Positions 37,541-47,630 of a stretch of DNA of 64,000 nt are shown here, one piece after another. Numbering within the stretch: position 1 is the first letter of the stretch; every line of letters begins with the position of its first letter. A program made the translations under genes and the position numbers. The notes beneath the pieces were generated by a model that was not told the origin of the DNA, ran no database searches, and saw only the letters and a list, made by a program, of their open reading frames with translations. The DNA comes from an uncultured Alphaproteobacteria bacterium (lineage in GTDB: Bacteria; Pseudomonadota; Alphaproteobacteria; HIMB59; GCA-002718135), in contig CACJZA010000007.1 in NCBI GenBank assembly GCA_902597795.1, forward strand, positions 4,733-68,732. Direction: 5' to 3'.

Positions 37541-39379
37541 ATGGTAGAAATTTTGAATGTTTCTAATTTAAGTACTGCCTTTCAATCTGATTATGGATCA
37601 AAACAAGCTTTAAAAAATATTTCCTTTAAGATTAATGAAGGAGAAGTTCTTGCTTTAGTTGGAGAATCAGGTTCAGGTAAAACTGTTACTAGCCTCTCCA
37701 TTATGGGCCTTCTACCCAACAATGCCTATATTCAAGAAGGTAATATAAATTTAATTGATAAAAAAAATAATCAAGTAAATATTTTAAAACTTACTGATGA
37801 AAAACATAACTTGATAAGAGGAAATGATATTTCAATGGTTTTCCAAGAACCAATGACATGTCTTAATCCAACTATGACTATTGGTGATCAAATAGTTGAA
37901 GTAATTTTAAATCACAAAAAAATCTCTAAAACTAAAGCATTTAAAGAAATGATTGAATTATTGGGTCTAGTTGAAATACCTGATCCAACTCAAAGAGCAA
38001 GGGAGTATCCACATCAACTCTCTGGTGGAATGAGACAAAGAGTGATGATTTCAATTGCTCTAGCATGTACTCCTAAACTTATAATTGCTGATGAGCCTAC
38101 ATCTGCATTAGATGTAACCATTCAAGCGCAATTATTACAATTATTAATGAAGTTAAAAAATTCAATTGTATCTAAAACTAGTATTTTATTTATTACACAT
38201 GACCTTGGTATTGTTCGGGAATTAGCTGATAGAGTTATTGTTATGTATCAAGGTGAAATTGTAGAAGAAGGTAAGGTTAAAGATGTATTTGATAATCCTA
38301 AACATTCGTACACTAGAAATCTTATTCAATCATTACCCGAATTTAAATTGGAAGAACGTAAATTAACTAAAAAAGATGACAATAAACAAACTAAAGTTGA
38401 TGATAATGAAATAATACTAAAAATAGAAAATTTATTTAAAGAGTTCCCTGTAGAAAAAGGTTTTTTTAAGGAATCAAATGAAACTGTAAAAGCTGTTCAG
38501 AATATTTCATTGAATGTAAAGAAAAATGAAGTTTTAGGTTTAGTTGGAGAATCAGGTTCAGGTAAATCAACTTTAGGTAAATCTATAATTAAATTATTAC
38601 AACCCTCTAGAGGAAAAATTTATTTTAATAATGAAAATATTTCAGAATATTCAAATAAACAAATGATTAAAATAAGACAAAAAATGCAAATGATTTTTCA
38701 AGATCCTTTTGCAAGTTTAAATCCAAGAAAAAATATTTTAGATACATTGATTGAACCTATACTTGTACATGATTTAATGAAAAAAAATGAAGCTATTAAT
38801 TATATTAAAGAAATAATTAATGATGTAGGATTGCCTATAGAGAGTCTAAGAAGATTTCCTCATGAATTTTCTGGAGGACAAAGACAGAGGATTGGTATTG
38901 CAAGGGCTTTAGTACTTAAGCCAGAATTTATTGTAGCTGATGAACCTGTCTCTGCTTTAGATGTTTCTATTCAGGCGCAGGTTTTAAACTTATTAGAAAA
39001 ACTGAAAAAAACTTATAATTTAACAATGATTTTTATTTCACATGATTTAAGCGTAATTGAATTTTTTTGTGATAAAGTTGCAGTTATGTATTTGGGTCAT
39101 GTTGTAGAGATAGCACCAGTATCAAAGTTATTTAACAGTCCTAAACATTCCTATACTCGAGCACTTTTATCTGCAGTACCAAAAGTAAAAGGGAAAGATA
39201 AAGAAAAAATATTAATTAAAGGTGATATTCCCAGTCCTATTAATCCTCCTTCGGGTTGTGTTTTTCGAACACGATGTCCAAACCCTGGTATAGATTGTAA
39301 AGGAGGTAATATTGAAATGGGCTTAATTGAAGTAGAGCCAGGACATTGGGTCGACCAGTGTTGTGCAAATTGTAATTAG
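37541..39379 (+). CDS. Fused two-domain Dpp/Opp-type ABC ATPase (DppD-DppF fusion)
   Basis: 612 aa with two Walker A motifs ([16 protein letters not shown]), two signature motifs ([16 protein letters not shown]) and a Lys/Asp-rich linker. The last 54 codons plus the stop codon are nucleotide-identical to the end of 27130..28095. Confidence 0.9.
   Translation: MVEILNVSNLSTAFQSDYGSKQALKNISFKINEGEVLALVGESGSGKTVTSLSIMGLLPNNAYIQEGNINLIDKKNNQVNILKLTDEKHNLIRGNDISMVFQEPMTCLNPTMTIGDQIVEVILNHKKISKTKAFKEMIELLGLVEIPDPTQRAREYPHQLSGGMRQRVMISIALACTPKLIIADEPTSALDVTIQAQLLQLLMKLKNSIVSKTSILFITHDLGIVRELADRVIVMYQGEIVEEGKVKDVFDNPKHSYTRNLIQSLPEFKLEERKLTKKDDNKQTKVDDNEIILKIENLFKEFPVEKGFFKESNETVKAVQNISLNVKKNEVLGLVGESGSGKSTLGKSIIKLLQPSRGKIYFNNENISEYSNKQMIKIRQKMQMIFQDPFASLNPRKNILDTLIEPILVHDLMKKNEAINYIKEIINDVGLPIESLRRFPHEFSGGQRQRIGIARALVLKPEFIVADEPVSALDVSIQAQVLNLLEKLKKTYNLTMIFISHDLSVIEFFCDKVAVMYLGHVVEIAPVSKLFNSPKHSYTRALLSAVPKVKGKDKEKILIKGDIPSPINPPSGCVFRTRCPNPGIDCKGGNIEMGLIEVEPGHWVDQCCANCN
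39216..39379 (+). repeat. Copy 2 of the perfect 164-bp direct repeat
   Basis: Identical to 27932..28095. The copy-to-copy period is 11,284 bp. Confidence 0.95.
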
Positions 39380-40623
39380 ATATAATTATCCTTAATAATA
39401 CCTTTTAAAACTTTAAAAACTTTTTCAAAATTTTTAATACTCATATATTCTTTTGGATTGTGACTCCCATTCTTATTTCTTATAAATAACATTAAAGAAG
39501 GTATGCCATGATTTGCAAAAACACTAGCATCGTGCCCTGCTCCACTTGCCATAGTTTCAAATTTCATTGAAATCATTTTGGAATAGATTTGAAACTTTTT
39601 TATTAATTTTTTATCCATTAATGCTGGTTCTGAATTTGTTTCATTGCCTAAAAAGAATTTTGTATTTGTTTGTTTTTCAATTAATTTAATTTTTTTGATT
39701 AAAATTTTTTTGGTATAATCAAGTGTATTTTTTGAATTACTTCTTACGTCTATACAAAAATTAACAAGACCAGAGCTTTTTGCAAAAGAATGCTCCTTAT
39801 TATCAGTAAAAAATTGACCAAAGGTTATAACTAAATCTTTATTTTTTTTAAGTTGTGCTTTCCAAAAAATATTCATTTCAATTACTAAATTGGATACTGC
39901 AACAACGGAATCTTTCCTATAATCATAAGGAGTCGCTCCAGAATGTAAATATTCGCCTTTACAAAAAGCATCTCTGAATCTAAAACTTCCTCTTATTCCT
40001 GTAACTATACCTAGGGGTATTTTCTTTTTTTCAAGCACTGGACCTTGTTCTATATGAGGTTCTATAAAAAATTTAAAATTTTTAATATCGAATTTAATTT
40101 GTTTTTTAGATACTTTCTTAGCATTAAAACCTGATTTGTTTATATGATATGAAAGAGATTTTTTAGTATCTGATCTTTTTAAAGAATCTAATAGTTTCTT
40201 GTCAAATTTTCCTAATGCAATTTTACTTCCGATATAACTGTATGGAAACCAACAACTTTCCTCTCCTCTTATACCCATAACTGATATTGAATATTTTGGT
40301 GTTATGTTATTCTCAAAAAAGAATTTTATTAATACTAGACCCATTATCACACCAGTAAGTCCATCAAAGTTTCCACCATGTTTTTGACTATCTAGATGTG
40401 ATCCAATGACAATTTTTTTTTTCAATTTTCCAGAGTAGGTGGCTAGAAAGTTACCTCCATAATCAATAATAATATCTTTGGTAAATTTATTTGCTTCTTT
40501 TATTAAAAAATCATGTGTTAAATTTTCACCCTTTCCATAAGTATCTCTTATTACACCAGGATTAGCAAAAGAGATTTTTTTTACAGAATCAAAAAGATAT
40601 TTTGTGTACTGAATATCATTCAT
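39376..40623 (-). CDS. M20-family amidase (allantoate amidohydrolase/N-carbamoyl-L-amino-acid hydrolase type)
   Basis: 415 aa with GSHLDSQKHGGNFDGLTGV, the diagnostic motif of the AllC/AmaB subgroup. Confidence 0.8.
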   Translation of the reverse strand: MNDIQYTKYLFDSVKKISFANPGVIRDTYGKGENLTHDFLIKEANKFTKDIIIDYGGNFLATYSGKLKKKIVIGSHLDSQKHGGNFDGLTGVIMGLVLIKFFFENNITPKYSISVMGIRGEESCWFPYSYIGSKIALGKFDKKLLDSLKRSDTKKSLSYHINKSGFNAKKVSKKQIKFDIKNFKFFIEPHIEQGPVLEKKKIPLGIVTGIRGSFRFRDAFCKGEYLHSGATPYDYRKDSVVAVSNLVIEMNIFWKAQLKKNKDLVITFGQFFTDNKEHSFAKSSGLVNFCIDVRSNSKNTLDYTKKILIKKIKLIEKQTNTKFFLGNETNSEPALMDKKLIKKFQIYSKMISMKFETMASGAGHDASVFANHGIPSLMLFIRNKNGSHNPKEYMSIKNFEKVFKVLKGIIKDNYI

Positions 40624-41521
40624 TGAAGTTTTTAATCCAGTGAGATGCTATTTCTTCTCTATTACAAACCCAAACCTTATCTAGTTTTTTAATATGATTT
40701 ATTATTTTTTCAACTGCAACAATTCTTCCAGGTCTTCCTATTAGTCTTGGATGAAGGCCAATATTTAACATTTTTGGTTTATGGGCACCTTCTTTGTATA
40801 AATAATTTATGGTATCACAAACGTATTCATAAAATTGATTTGATCCACTAAAACCAGAAGGAAGTTTGAAATGAACATCATTCGTATCAAGTGAATAAGG
40901 TACAACTAAGTGTTTTTTCTTATTAACATTGACCCAATAGGGCAAATCATCATTGTAAGCATCGCTATCGTATAAGAAGTTTCCATTTTGCACTATTAGT
41001 TCTCGGGTGTTTTCACTTGGAGCATATCTACAATACCAGCCTCTTGGAGCTTTATTTGTCAATTTTTGTATTAAATTAAAAGCTTTGCTAATTTGATTTT
41101 GTTCTTTTTCTTTAGTTAATTTATAATGCTCTTCCCACCGGTAACCATGACAACAAATATCATTTCGAGATTTTTTAATATAATTACATATTTCTTTATT
41201 TTGAAGTAAAGTTAATGCACACACAAAATAGGTGTGTGGAATCCTATATTTATTAAAAAGACTGGTTAATCTCCAAAAACCTACTCTTGAACCATATTCA
41301 TAAATTGACTCAATTCCTAAATCTCTTTGATTTTCTTTGTGTCTTCCGCCTGGAACTTCTGAAAGACCTGACTCAGATTTTTTATCTCCAAGTAAAGGAG
41401 AATACTCTGATCCTTCTTCTACATTTACTATAAAATTAATAGCTAGTTTTGATTTTTTTGGCCATCTAGGATTTGGACTTAATTGACCATACCCTACTAA
41501 GTCTCTGTCAAAAGATTTCAT
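40616..41521 (-). CDS. Polysaccharide-deacetylase-fold hydrolase, PuuE-type allantoinase-like
   Basis: 301 aa with RDLVGYG...NPRWP...AINFIVNVEEGSEY and HGYRWEEH, which resemble PuuE as I recall it. Confidence 0.7.
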   Translation of the reverse strand: MKSFDRDLVGYGQLSPNPRWPKKSKLAINFIVNVEEGSEYSPLLGDKKSESGLSEVPGGRHKENQRDLGIESIYEYGSRVGFWRLTSLFNKYRIPHTYFVCALTLLQNKEICNYIKKSRNDICCHGYRWEEHYKLTKEKEQNQISKAFNLIQKLTNKAPRGWYCRYAPSENTRELIVQNGNFLYDSDAYNDDLPYWVNVNKKKHLVVPYSLDTNDVHFKLPSGFSGSNQFYEYVCDTINYLYKEGAHKPKMLNIGLHPRLIGRPGRIVAVEKIINHIKKLDKVWVCNREEIASHWIKNFNE

Positions 41522-41530
41522 TAATTTTTT

Positions 41531-42514
41531 TTACCATTCGCCTTCGATTATAGCATAAAAACAACACCAATCCCCTATTGTAACATTTGGTAAAGCTCGC
41601 AAACCAAAAAACATCCCATCTTCTGGTGCCTTTAATATACATAATTCTTTACCTTGATAATCAATGATTTTTGCAATCTCATCATTTTTTTTCATCATAG
41701 TTAAAAATTTAATATTTGGATTAGGAAGAAATACACCACTCTTAGGCGCTAAAAGAGCTTGCTGAAAGCCTTTATATCTTATTTCAGGATAATGCGGTGT
41801 GCCTTCAATCATTTTATAATGAGTTAAAATATTTATACATGCTTTTAATAATGTTTGTCCTACTTTGAGAAATGCTCCAGGAGCAGTGGAAGATCGTCCA
41901 CCTAGCTCAACAGTAAGTGCTGGTTTTCCATTTTCAGCCATTACTGCCATTGGGCTTTTTGATGTTATATTAGAATACAGACATACTTTCCAATCTTCAC
42001 CCATTGCTCTTGCAAGTTCTTGTGTTTTATCATCTTTGGCTGCAAACATAGCTTCTGCAAGATAAGAATGGGCACCTCCTGAATGAATAGAGATTTCCAT
42101 ATCAGCATATTTAATCATCCATTCTTTATGAACATGTGCAATCCTTTCACTCAAGTATCCATCTTTTTTTCCAGGATAAATTCTATTCATATCGTATGAG
42201 AAGGTATCTAATGGATTGCCGCGTTCTGCCGCTTCCATTGCGGGTACATTCATAACAGGTATCATAACAATTGAACCTGAAAGATCATCTGGTTTAATTT
42301 TTTCTTTTAATAGTGTGCACGTGAGAATACCTTCAGGTTCATCTCCGTGAATACCTCCGTTGATCCAAAAACAAGGTCCAGGTTTTGAACCATTGATAAT
42401 AGTAACTGGAATTGTTAGTTCACTTCCACCAGCTAATTTTTCTACAAAAATATTTCCTTCTACTATTCTTCCAGGTTCAGCAATTGCTGATCCAATTTCA
42501 ATTGTTTTAGACAT
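41531..42514 (-). CDS. Succinylglutamate desuccinylase/aspartoacylase (AstE/AspA, M14-like) family hydrolase
   Basis: 327 aa with a GGIHGDEPEG zinc-ligand motif. Confidence 0.8.
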   Translation of the reverse strand: MSKTIEIGSAIAEPGRIVEGNIFVEKLAGGSELTIPVTIINGSKPGPCFWINGGIHGDEPEGILTCTLLKEKIKPDDLSGSIVMIPVMNVPAMEAAERGNPLDTFSYDMNRIYPGKKDGYLSERIAHVHKEWMIKYADMEISIHSGGAHSYLAEAMFAAKDDKTQELARAMGEDWKVCLYSNITSKSPMAVMAENGKPALTVELGGRSSTAPGAFLKVGQTLLKACINILTHYKMIEGTPHYPEIRYKGFQQALLAPKSGVFLPNPNIKFLTMMKKNDEIAKIIDYQGKELCILKAPEDGMFFGLRALPNVTIGDWCCFYAIIEGEW

Positions 42515-42516
42515 TT

Positions 42517-43008
42517 TTATACTCCCGTTACTTTGTATTTTTTTAATTCTTCTTCTGTGTATACTTGCATAAATTCAATTTCAGTTCCTGCGGCTTCATC
42601 ATCAAGAAATGCCACAAAACCCTCTGGATGGGCATGACTTCCATAAACATTACATGCCTCACAAATTCTTAATTTAGCATTATGTTTTTGAGCATGATCA
42701 AGTGCTTTATCGATATTATCTACTTCATAACAGATATGATGGAGACCTTCTCCATATTTCTCTATCCATTCTGTGAATCTTCCATTTTTATTTAAAGATT
42801 CACATAGTTGGTACTCGATATCGTTAATATAAAAAATTGCTACTTTTGTTTCTGCTTTTTCCCATATAACTTTTTCAGTTTTTTCAGAAACAGATAATAA
42901 AGATTGATAATTTACAAGAGCCTCATCTACACTTTTTACTGCAAATGCCATATGTTTTATACGAATTGATTTATCCTGATTTAATCTAGCTCTTTCTCTG
43001 TAGTCCAT
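42517..43008 (-). CDS. VOC-superfamily protein, paralogue of 13609..14091
   Basis: 163 aa with IKHMAFAVKSVDE, GLHHICYEV and HPEGFVAFLD motifs. Confidence 0.8.
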   Translation of the reverse strand: MDYRERARLNQDKSIRIKHMAFAVKSVDEALVNYQSLLSVSEKTEKVIWEKAETKVAIFYINDIEYQLCESLNKNGRFTEWIEKYGEGLHHICYEVDNIDKALDHAQKHNAKLRICEACNVYGSHAHPEGFVAFLDDEAAGTEIEFMQVYTEEELKKYKVTGV

Positions 43009-43053
43009 AATGATTTTTTAACAGAGAAATTTGCATGCCAAAAGTAGAATATA

Positions 43054-43075
43054 ATCAATTTTGTGATGACAATTT
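43054..43075 (+). promoter_or_regulatory. Candidate LysR operator in the divergent promoter
   Basis: ATCAAttttGTGATGACAATTT contains the dyad ATCA-N6-TGAT and matches 16887..16908. It lies between the VOC gene start (43008, minus) and the probable LysR start (43101). Confidence 0.4.
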
Positions 43076-43100
43076 CTCAACGCTTATTTATAATATTTAT

Positions 43101-44012
43101 ATGTTATCAATTGAGTACAGATATTTTTATCAATCTGCGCTTGATAGCTCTATTAGAAAAGCTTCTCAAAATTTAAATATAAATTCATCAGCTATAGTAA
43201 GACAAATTCAAAAATTAGAAGACAGACTTCAAACAAAATTATTTATAAGAAATGCTAGAGGATTAGAATTAACAAATGAAGGAAAATTATTATTTGATCA
43301 TCTAAAAGTTCAAAATGAGACTAATCATAATTTCTTATCAGATTTAAAACAAAATAAAACTTCGACTTCTGGAGAAATAAATATTTCTACTGGTGAAACA
43401 TTTGCTGTTCAATTTTTGTCACCTATTATATCAAAATTTAGAAAAGAATATCCAGACATAAAAATAAAGATATCTTCAAGACAGCCTGATACAATTTTAG
43501 ACAATCTAATTACAAATAAAACTGATTTTGGAATAACATTTACAAAAGATTTACCTAAAACATTAAAGGTACTTTACCTGTATAATTTTCCTATGGGGGT
43601 TTTGTGCTCTTCTAAGCATATTCTGTCAAATAAATCAGAAATTCTTTTGGAGGATTGTTTCAAATTTCCACTAATTTTTCATCCAGGGACAGTGACTTTT
43701 TGGAATTCTATACAAAGAGATGTAGGTGAAAAATTATATTCCATCAATCCTAATCTTATTTCAAACTCTTTTTCTTTTATAAAAAATTATCTAATTGAAG
43801 ATAACAATTATTTAACTTTTTTTACAAGTGCGGGCTCAGTTAAAGAAATAGAAAGTAAAAAATTAGTATTTAAAAAAGTTAATCACAAAATATTTTTAGA
43901 TAATAAAGTTGGAATTATTGTTTCAAAGAAACAAAAGTTAAAGAAGTTTACTGAAGACTTTATAAATTTAGTAAAAAATGAATTTGATAATTCATTAGAT
44001 TTGACTAAATAA
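43101..44012 (+). CDS. LysR-family transcriptional regulator
   Basis: The HTH region YFYQSALDSSIRKASQNLNINSSAIVRQIQKLEDRLQTKLFIRNARGLELT begins right after the M at 43101. The track start at 43035 adds 22 non-conserved residues and would leave only a 26-bp divergent spacer. Confidence 0.8.
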   Translation: MLSIEYRYFYQSALDSSIRKASQNLNINSSAIVRQIQKLEDRLQTKLFIRNARGLELTNEGKLLFDHLKVQNETNHNFLSDLKQNKTSTSGEINISTGETFAVQFLSPIISKFRKEYPDIKIKISSRQPDTILDNLITNKTDFGITFTKDLPKTLKVLYLYNFPMGVLCSSKHILSNKSEILLEDCFKFPLIFHPGTVTFWNSIQRDVGEKLYSINPNLISNSFSFIKNYLIEDNNYLTFFTSAGSVKEIESKKLVFKKVNHKIFLDNKVGIIVSKKQKLKKFTEDFINLVKNEFDNSLDLTK

Positions 44013-45723
44013 GTGATTCTATTTTTGGCATTAACTTAATTAATTGTTTTGTATAATCGTGCTGAGGATTATTAAACAAACTTTCAGTTTCATTACTTTC
44101 ACATACTAACCCATTTTTAAGAACAACAATTCTATTACACATTTGACGTATTACTGGAAGATCATGACTTATAAACAACATCGTTAGATGGAGTTCATCT
44201 TGAATATCTTTCAATAAATTCAAAATTTGAGCTTGAATACTAACATCTAAAGCTGAAGTGGGCTCATCACAAATTAATAAACGAGGTCTTGTAGCCAGAG
44301 CTCTAGCTATTGATATTCTTTGTCTCTGTCCGCCAGAAAACTCATGTGGATATCGATCTAGAGATTGTCGTGTCATACCAACAATATCAATTAAATCATG
44401 AATATTTTCTATTAGTTCATTATTATTAATATTTTTTTGAAAAAATTTAATTGGTTCAGAAATTATATCTCTAACCTTAAATCTTGGGTTTAAAGAAGAA
44501 TATGGATCTTGAAAAATCATTTGAATTTGTCCTCTGCTTTTGTGAATTTGATATTTGTTATTCGAGTTATACAATGACTCGTTATTGTATTTAATATATC
44601 CATTATTTGGATTAACTAATCCTGTAATGATTTTTGCAATAGTTGATTTACCAGAGCCAGATTCACCTACCAATCCAAGTGTTTCGCCTTCAATAAGATC
44701 AAAAGATACATTATCCACTGCTCTGACAATTTGATCATCAATTTTTTTTCTAGAACCAAATGGAAAGATGCTTCCTAAAGATTGATCATCAAATATTTTA
44801 GTAACATCTTTAAGCTCTAGTAGTTTTTGGTTTTTATTTTCTCGTACACCCCAAGTTTTAATAATATTTTTTGTGAGATTTGAAGAATTTGATGTAATTT
44901 CTTTTCCATCAGGACTAATCAATTTAAATCTATCAATTTTTTTATTTGTAGGAGGTACTGAAATTACTAAACTTTTTGCTTCAGTAGATTTTGGATTTGT
45001 TAGCAATTCTTTGGTTTCACCTTGCTCTACAATATGACCATATCGCATTACAATAACTTTATCAGTAGTTTCTGCTATTACTCCCATGTCATGTGTTATT
45101 ATTATAACACCAAGATTTCTTTTCTTTGTGAGATCTTTAAGAAGTTCTAATATTTGGTATTGAATACTTACATCTAAAGCTGTTGTTGGTTCATCTGCAA
45201 TAATTAAGTCAGGTTCACAACTAATTGCTAAAGCTATCACAACTCTTTGACGCATACCGCCACTAAATTGATGTGGATAGTCCTCAATTCTTTTTTCAGC
45301 ATTCTCTATTCCAACCTCTTTAAGTAATTGAATTGATTTTGTAAGTGAATCTTGATAACTTAAATTCAAATGAGCCTGAATAGTTTCGATTAATTGATCT
45401 TTTATTTTAAATAGAGGGTTTAATGAAGTTTGGGGGTCTTGAAAAACAAATCCTATTTTTTTTCCTCTAATGTTTTGAATTATCTCCTCGTTACCTCTTA
45501 ATTCAATATTGTCTATTTTTATTGAGCCATCTGTTATTTCACCTGGAGGATCAATCAAGTTAATTATCGCATTTGCAATTGTAGATTTTCCAGATCCTGA
45601 TTCACCAACAATTCCTAATATTTGCCCTCTCTCCAGATAAAACTCTACATTTTTACTTGCAACTATAGTTTCCTTTCGTGTTGGATAACAAATGTTTAAA
45701 TCTTTAATTTCTAAAAAACTCAT
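44005..45723 (-). CDS. Fused two-domain Dpp/Opp-type ABC ATPase
   Basis: Two Walker A motifs (GESGSGKS twice) and two signatures ([16 protein letters not shown]). The ATG at 45723 (MSFLEIKDL) forms an ATGA overlap with the permease stop, whereas the track start at 45762 overlaps it by 43 nt. No Cys-rich tail. Confidence 0.9.
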   Translation of the reverse strand: MSFLEIKDLNICYPTRKETIVASKNVEFYLERGQILGIVGESGSGKSTIANAIINLIDPPGEITDGSIKIDNIELRGNEEIIQNIRGKKIGFVFQDPQTSLNPLFKIKDQLIETIQAHLNLSYQDSLTKSIQLLKEVGIENAEKRIEDYPHQFSGGMRQRVVIALAISCEPDLIIADEPTTALDVSIQYQILELLKDLTKKRNLGVIIITHDMGVIAETTDKVIVMRYGHIVEQGETKELLTNPKSTEAKSLVISVPPTNKKIDRFKLISPDGKEITSNSSNLTKNIIKTWGVRENKNQKLLELKDVTKIFDDQSLGSIFPFGSRKKIDDQIVRAVDNVSFDLIEGETLGLVGESGSGKSTIAKIITGLVNPNNGYIKYNNESLYNSNNKYQIHKSRGQIQMIFQDPYSSLNPRFKVRDIISEPIKFFQKNINNNELIENIHDLIDIVGMTRQSLDRYPHEFSGGQRQRISIARALATRPRLLICDEPTSALDVSIQAQILNLLKDIQDELHLTMLFISHDLPVIRQMCNRIVVLKNGLVCESNETESLFNNPQHDYTKQLIKLMPKIESLI

Positions 45724-46643
45724 CTCTTTTTTAATTTTGGATTTAGAGCATCTCTCATCCAATCGCCTAATAAGTTAATTGATAAAGCCAGAACAATTAA
45801 GAAAATTGCTGGAAAAAAAGTAATCCACCACTCTCCTGAAAATAAGAAATTATTTCCGAATCTTATTAGAGTACCAAGTGAAGGTGTTGTTGGTGGAACG
45901 CCAACGCCTAAAAAACTTAGAGTAGACTCTGTAATAATTGCAAGTGCTAATCCAATTGTAGCAATCACTAATATAGGTCTAAGAATATTTGGTAATATGT
46001 GTTTAAACATAATTAGAATATTTGATAGTCCAATAATTCTTGAAGCTGAAACATACTCTTTATTTTTTTCTACTAGAGTTGATGCTCTTGATACTCTTGC
46101 AAACTGAGGCCATTCAGAAATACCAATGGCAAAAATCAAAACATAAATTGCCATTTCATCATGCATTGATTGTGAGATAATTGCCCTTGCAATTCCGTCA
46201 ACAAGTAAAGCCATTAAAATACTAGGAATAGTTAACTGTACATCTGTAAGGCGCATTACAACAATCTCATATCTACCGCCAATATATCCAGCTGTTATCC
46301 CAAGGAATACTCCAAGTATCATAGCAAAAATTATAGATGCAAATCCAACAATAAGAGAAATTCTTGAACCATAAATCATTGTTGAAAACATATCTCTTCC
46401 CTGCTGATCAGTGCCTAAAATAAAGCTAAAACTTCCTCCCTCCGACCATACTGGTGGGGTAAAGGCGTCCATCAAAGAAACTGATGCTGGATCAAAAGGA
46501 TTATAAGGAGCAACTATCCCAGCAAAAACAGAACAAAAAAGTATAATAATAAATATTGTTGAAGAAATTACTGCTAATTTAGAATTAAAGAAACTGTATC
46601 CAATATCAGTATCATATATTTTATTATATGTTTTAAGTAGCAT
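45720..46643 (-). CDS. Dpp/Opp-type ABC permease (DppC-like)
   Basis: 307 aa with an EAA region (EYVSASRIIGL). Confidence 0.9.
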   Translation of the reverse strand: MLLKTYNKIYDTDIGYSFFNSKLAVISSTIFIIILFCSVFAGIVAPYNPFDPASVSLMDAFTPPVWSEGGSFSFILGTDQQGRDMFSTMIYGSRISLIVGFASIIFAMILGVFLGITAGYIGGRYEIVVMRLTDVQLTIPSILMALLVDGIARAIISQSMHDEMAIYVLIFAIGISEWPQFARVSRASTLVEKNKEYVSASRIIGLSNILIMFKHILPNILRPILVIATIGLALAIITESTLSFLGVGVPPTTPSLGTLIRFGNNFLFSGEWWITFFPAIFLIVLALSINLLGDWMRDALNPKLKKR

Positions 46644-46645
46644 TT

Positions 46646-47623
46646 CTAACTACCCTCTTCCTTAAGCCTAATTCTAGGATCAATAAAATAGTATGTGATA
46701 TCTACAATAAAATTTATCATAACAAATATAAAGGCTACCATAATCATGTATGCTGACATAATTGGAATATCGACAAAGTATACTGCTTTGATAAATAATG
46801 ACCCCATGCCTGGCCATTGAAAAACTGTTTCTGTAATAATTGAAAAAGCAATTAAAGTTCCGATGTTGATACCTGTAATAGTAATAACTGGAATTAATCC
46901 ATTTTTTAAGGCATGCTTATAGTTAATAGCACTCCTTTTTATCCCTCTTGCTTTTGCAAATTTAATATAATCTGTTTGTAAAATTTCCATCATTTCAGCG
47001 CGAACTAATCTAATAACATAAGTCATTTGAAATAAACTTAACGTAACAGATGGAAGTATTAGTGCTTTTAATCCTGAAGTAGTCAAAAATCCCGTAGTCC
47101 AAAAACCTAATTGCGTAACTTCACCTCTTCCAAAAGATGGAAGAACTCCTAAAATTACTGAAAATAAATAAATTAACATTATTCCTATAATGAATGTTGG
47201 CAGAGAAACCCCAGCTAGAGAAATTACAAGAATAATATTAGAAATAAAACTATCTCTGTGAATTCCAGTGTATACACCGAGGATGACACCACTGATGATT
47301 GCAATTAAAGCAGAAACGAAAACTAATTCTAAAGTAGCGGGCATTCTTTCTGCAATTAAATCTGAAACTTCTCTTTTTAATTGGTATGATATTCCAAAAT
47401 CACCTTGAATTACATTGCCAATAAAACGTGAAAATTGGACGTAAACAGGATCATTTAAACCCAATACTTCTCTAACCTCAGCACGTCTTTCATCTGAAGC
47501 ATCTTCTCCAGTCATACTATTTACTGGATCACCAACAAAATTAAATAAGGAAAATGAAACAAAGGCTACAACAATCATTACAAGAATAGATTGAAAGAGT
47601 CTTTTAAAGAAATAGCTAAACAT
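46646..47623 (-). CDS. Dpp/Opp-type ABC permease (DppB-like)
   Basis: 325 aa with an EAA loop (DYIKFAKARGI). Confidence 0.9.
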   Translation of the reverse strand: MFSYFFKRLFQSILVMIVVAFVSFSLFNFVGDPVNSMTGEDASDERRAEVREVLGLNDPVYVQFSRFIGNVIQGDFGISYQLKREVSDLIAERMPATLELVFVSALIAIISGVILGVYTGIHRDSFISNIILVISLAGVSLPTFIIGIMLIYLFSVILGVLPSFGRGEVTQLGFWTTGFLTTSGLKALILPSVTLSLFQMTYVIRLVRAEMMEILQTDYIKFAKARGIKRSAINYKHALKNGLIPVITITGINIGTLIAFSIITETVFQWPGMGSLFIKAVYFVDIPIMSAYMIMVAFIFVMINFIVDITYYFIDPRIRLKEEGS

Positions 47624-47630
47624 GCTTTAA

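Noticed and set aside
27932-39379. The 11.3-kb repeat-bracketed segment as a classical mobile element or genomic island.
   Set aside because: There is no integrase, transposase, tRNA attachment site or terminal inverted repeats. The repeat is part of a coding sequence, so homologous recombination or gene conversion is the more economical explanation.
43054-43075. A canonical LysR T-N11-A box in the divergent promoter.
   Set aside because: The best dyad is ATCA-N6-TGAT (ATC-N8-GAT), one base shorter than the classical ATC-N9-GAT. I report it only as a LysR-like dyad, not as a canonical box.
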